Positions 61,921 through 64,000 of a stretch of 64,000 bases of DNA are shown one piece after another. Each line of letters begins with the position of its first letter. Positions within the stretch are counted from its first letter, which is position 1. The notes under the pieces are model-generated. The model was not told the origin of the DNA and searched no databases. It saw only the letters and a program-made list of their open reading frames with translations. The position numbers and the translations under genes were made by a program. This DNA comes from Eledone cirrhosa (lineage: Eukaryota), in NCBI GenBank assembly GCA_964016885.1, contig OZ024759.1:27156001-27220000 (forward strand), given 5' to 3'.

Positions 61921-64000
61921 TCAGAATTATTAGCCACAGGGGCAGAGATGTCCATAACATTACATGTCAGAATTTTTAGCCACAGGGGCAGAGATGTCCA
62001 TAACATTACATGACAGATTTATTAGCCACAGGGGCAGAGATGTCCATAACATTACATGTCAGAATTATTAGCCACAGGGGCAGAGATGTCCATAACATTA
62101 CATGACAGGTTTATTAGCCACAGGGGCAGAGATGTCCATAACATTACATGTCAGATTTATTAGCCACAGGGGCAGAGATGTCCATAACATTACATGTCAA
62201 AATTATTAGCCACAGGGCCAGAGATGTCCATAACATTACATGACAGATTTATTAGCCACAGGGGCAGAGATGTCCATAACATTACATGACAGAATTATTA
62301 GCCACAGGGGCAGAGATGTCCATAACATTACATGACAGAATTATTAGCCACAGGGGCAGAGATTTCCATAACATTACATGACAATTATTAGCCCCAAGGG
62401 CAGATATGTCCATAACATTACATGACAGACTTTCATCTCGCGCTCTCTCTCTCTCGTTTCATCTCACGCTCTCTCTCTTCCTCTCTCTCGTTTCATCTCG
62501 CGTTCTCTCTCTTCCTCTCTCTCGTTTCATCTCGCTCTCTCTCTCGTTTCATCTCTGTCTTCCTCTCTCTCGTTCCATCTCTCTCTTCCTCTCTCTCGTT
62601 CCATCTCTCTCTTCCTCTCTCTCGTTTCATCTCTCTCTCTCGTTTCATCTCTATCTCCCTCGTTTCATCTGTCTCTCTCTCTGTCGTTTCATCTCCCTCT
62701 ATCTCTCTCTCGCTCTCTCGTTTCATCTCTCTCTCCCTCTCGTTTCATCTCGCTCTCTCTCTCCTGTTTCATCTCGCTCTCTCTCTCCTGTTTCATCTCG
62801 CTCTCTACTCTCGTTTCCTCTCTCTCGTATCCTCTCTCTCGTTTCCTCTCTCTCTCGTTTCCTCTCTCTCTCGTTTCCTCTAGCTCTCACTCTATCGTTT
62901 CATCTCGCTCTCTCTCTCTCATTTCATCTCGCTCTCTCTCTCTCGTTTCATCTCGCTCTAATCTGTCTCGTTTCATTTCGCTCTCTCTCTCTCTCTCGTT
63001 TCATTTCGCTCTCTCTGTCTCGTTTCATCTCGCTCTCTCTCTCATTTCAACTCGCTCTCTCTCTCTCATTTCATCTCGCTCTCTCTCTCTCGTTTCATAT
63101 CGCTCTCACTCTCTCATTTCATCTCGCTCTCTCTCTCTCTCGTTTGATCTCGCTCTCACTCTCTCTTCCTCTCTCTCTCTTGTTTCAACACTCTAATCTC
63201 TCACTTGTTTCATCTCTCTCTTATCCCTCACTTGTTTCATCTCTCTCAGAATTATTAGCCACAGGGGCAGAGATATCCATAACATTACATGTCAGAATTA
63301 TTAGCCACAGGGGCAGAGATGTCCATAACATTACATGACAGATTTATTAGCCACAGGGGCGGAGATGTCCATAACATTACATGACGAATTTATTAGCCAC
63401 AGGGGCAGAGATGTCCATAACATTACATGACAGAATTATTAGCCACAGGGGCAGAGATGTCCATAACATTACATGACAGAATTATTTGCCACAGGGGCAG
63501 AGATGTACATAACATTACATGACAATTATTAGCCCCAAGGGCAGATATGTCCATAACATTACATGACAATTATTAGCCCCAAGGGCAGATATGTCCATAA
63601 CATTACATGACAGACTTTCATCTCGCGCTCTCTCTCTTCCTCTCTCTCGTTTCATCTCGCTCTCTCTCTCTCGTTTCATCTCGCTCTCTCTCTCTCTCGT
63701 TTCATCTCGCGCTCTCTCTCTTCCTCTCTCTCGTTTCATCTCGCTCTCTCTCTCTCTCGTTTCATATCTCTCTTCCTCTCTCTCGTTCCATCTCTCTATT
63801 CCTCTCTCTCTCGTTTCATCTAGCTATCACTCTCTCGTTTCATCTCCCTCTATCTCTCTCTCGCTCTCACGTTTCATCTCTCCCTCCCTCTCATTTCATC
63901 TCGCTCTCTCTCTCCGGTTTCATCTCGCTCTCTCTCTCTCCTGTTTCATCTTGCTCTCTACTCTCGTTTCCTCTCTCTCGTTTCCTCTCTCTCGTTTCCT
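61921..64000 (+). repeat. Composite satellite, right arm in B2 (truncated)
   Basis: Same junction GGCTAATAAATCAGAATTATTAGCC. Confidence 0.95.

Larger units (their letters stand above)
51083..64000. repeat. Sub-unit B2 (partial)
   Basis: Near-identical to B1 from 11896; the satellite monomer order differs. Confidence 0.92.

Overview
This is eukaryotic, repeat-saturated DNA with no intact protein-coding gene, RNA gene or CRISPR array that I can support. The SINE and MITE sequences resemble, from memory, octopus/cephalopod families; this is not verified. The window is a ~39.2-kb head-to-tail macro-repeat (1-39233, then 39234-64000+, truncated). Each copy consists of two related sub-units, A (~11.9 kb) and B (~27.3 kb), built on a dead minus-strand Helitron Rep-helicase that has lost both its HUH motif region and its helicase core. 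Nested inside are a composite satellite (46-bp minisatellite plus CT-rich compound microsatellite), which in B forms a ~15-kb imperfect palindrome centred at ~24545, and a palindromic array of eight ~78-bp mariner-type MITEs fused to a perfect snap-back hairpin at a duplication junction. There are also tRNA-derived SINEs, hAT ends, a CRE-like retrotransposon fragment, 40- and 55-bp VNTRs and several inverted repeats. Nearly every A/B difference sits on a 2-6 bp microhomology or a fold-back hairpin, suggesting repeated template-switching replication. The many S/L/F- and R/E-rich ORFs are microsatellite artefacts.
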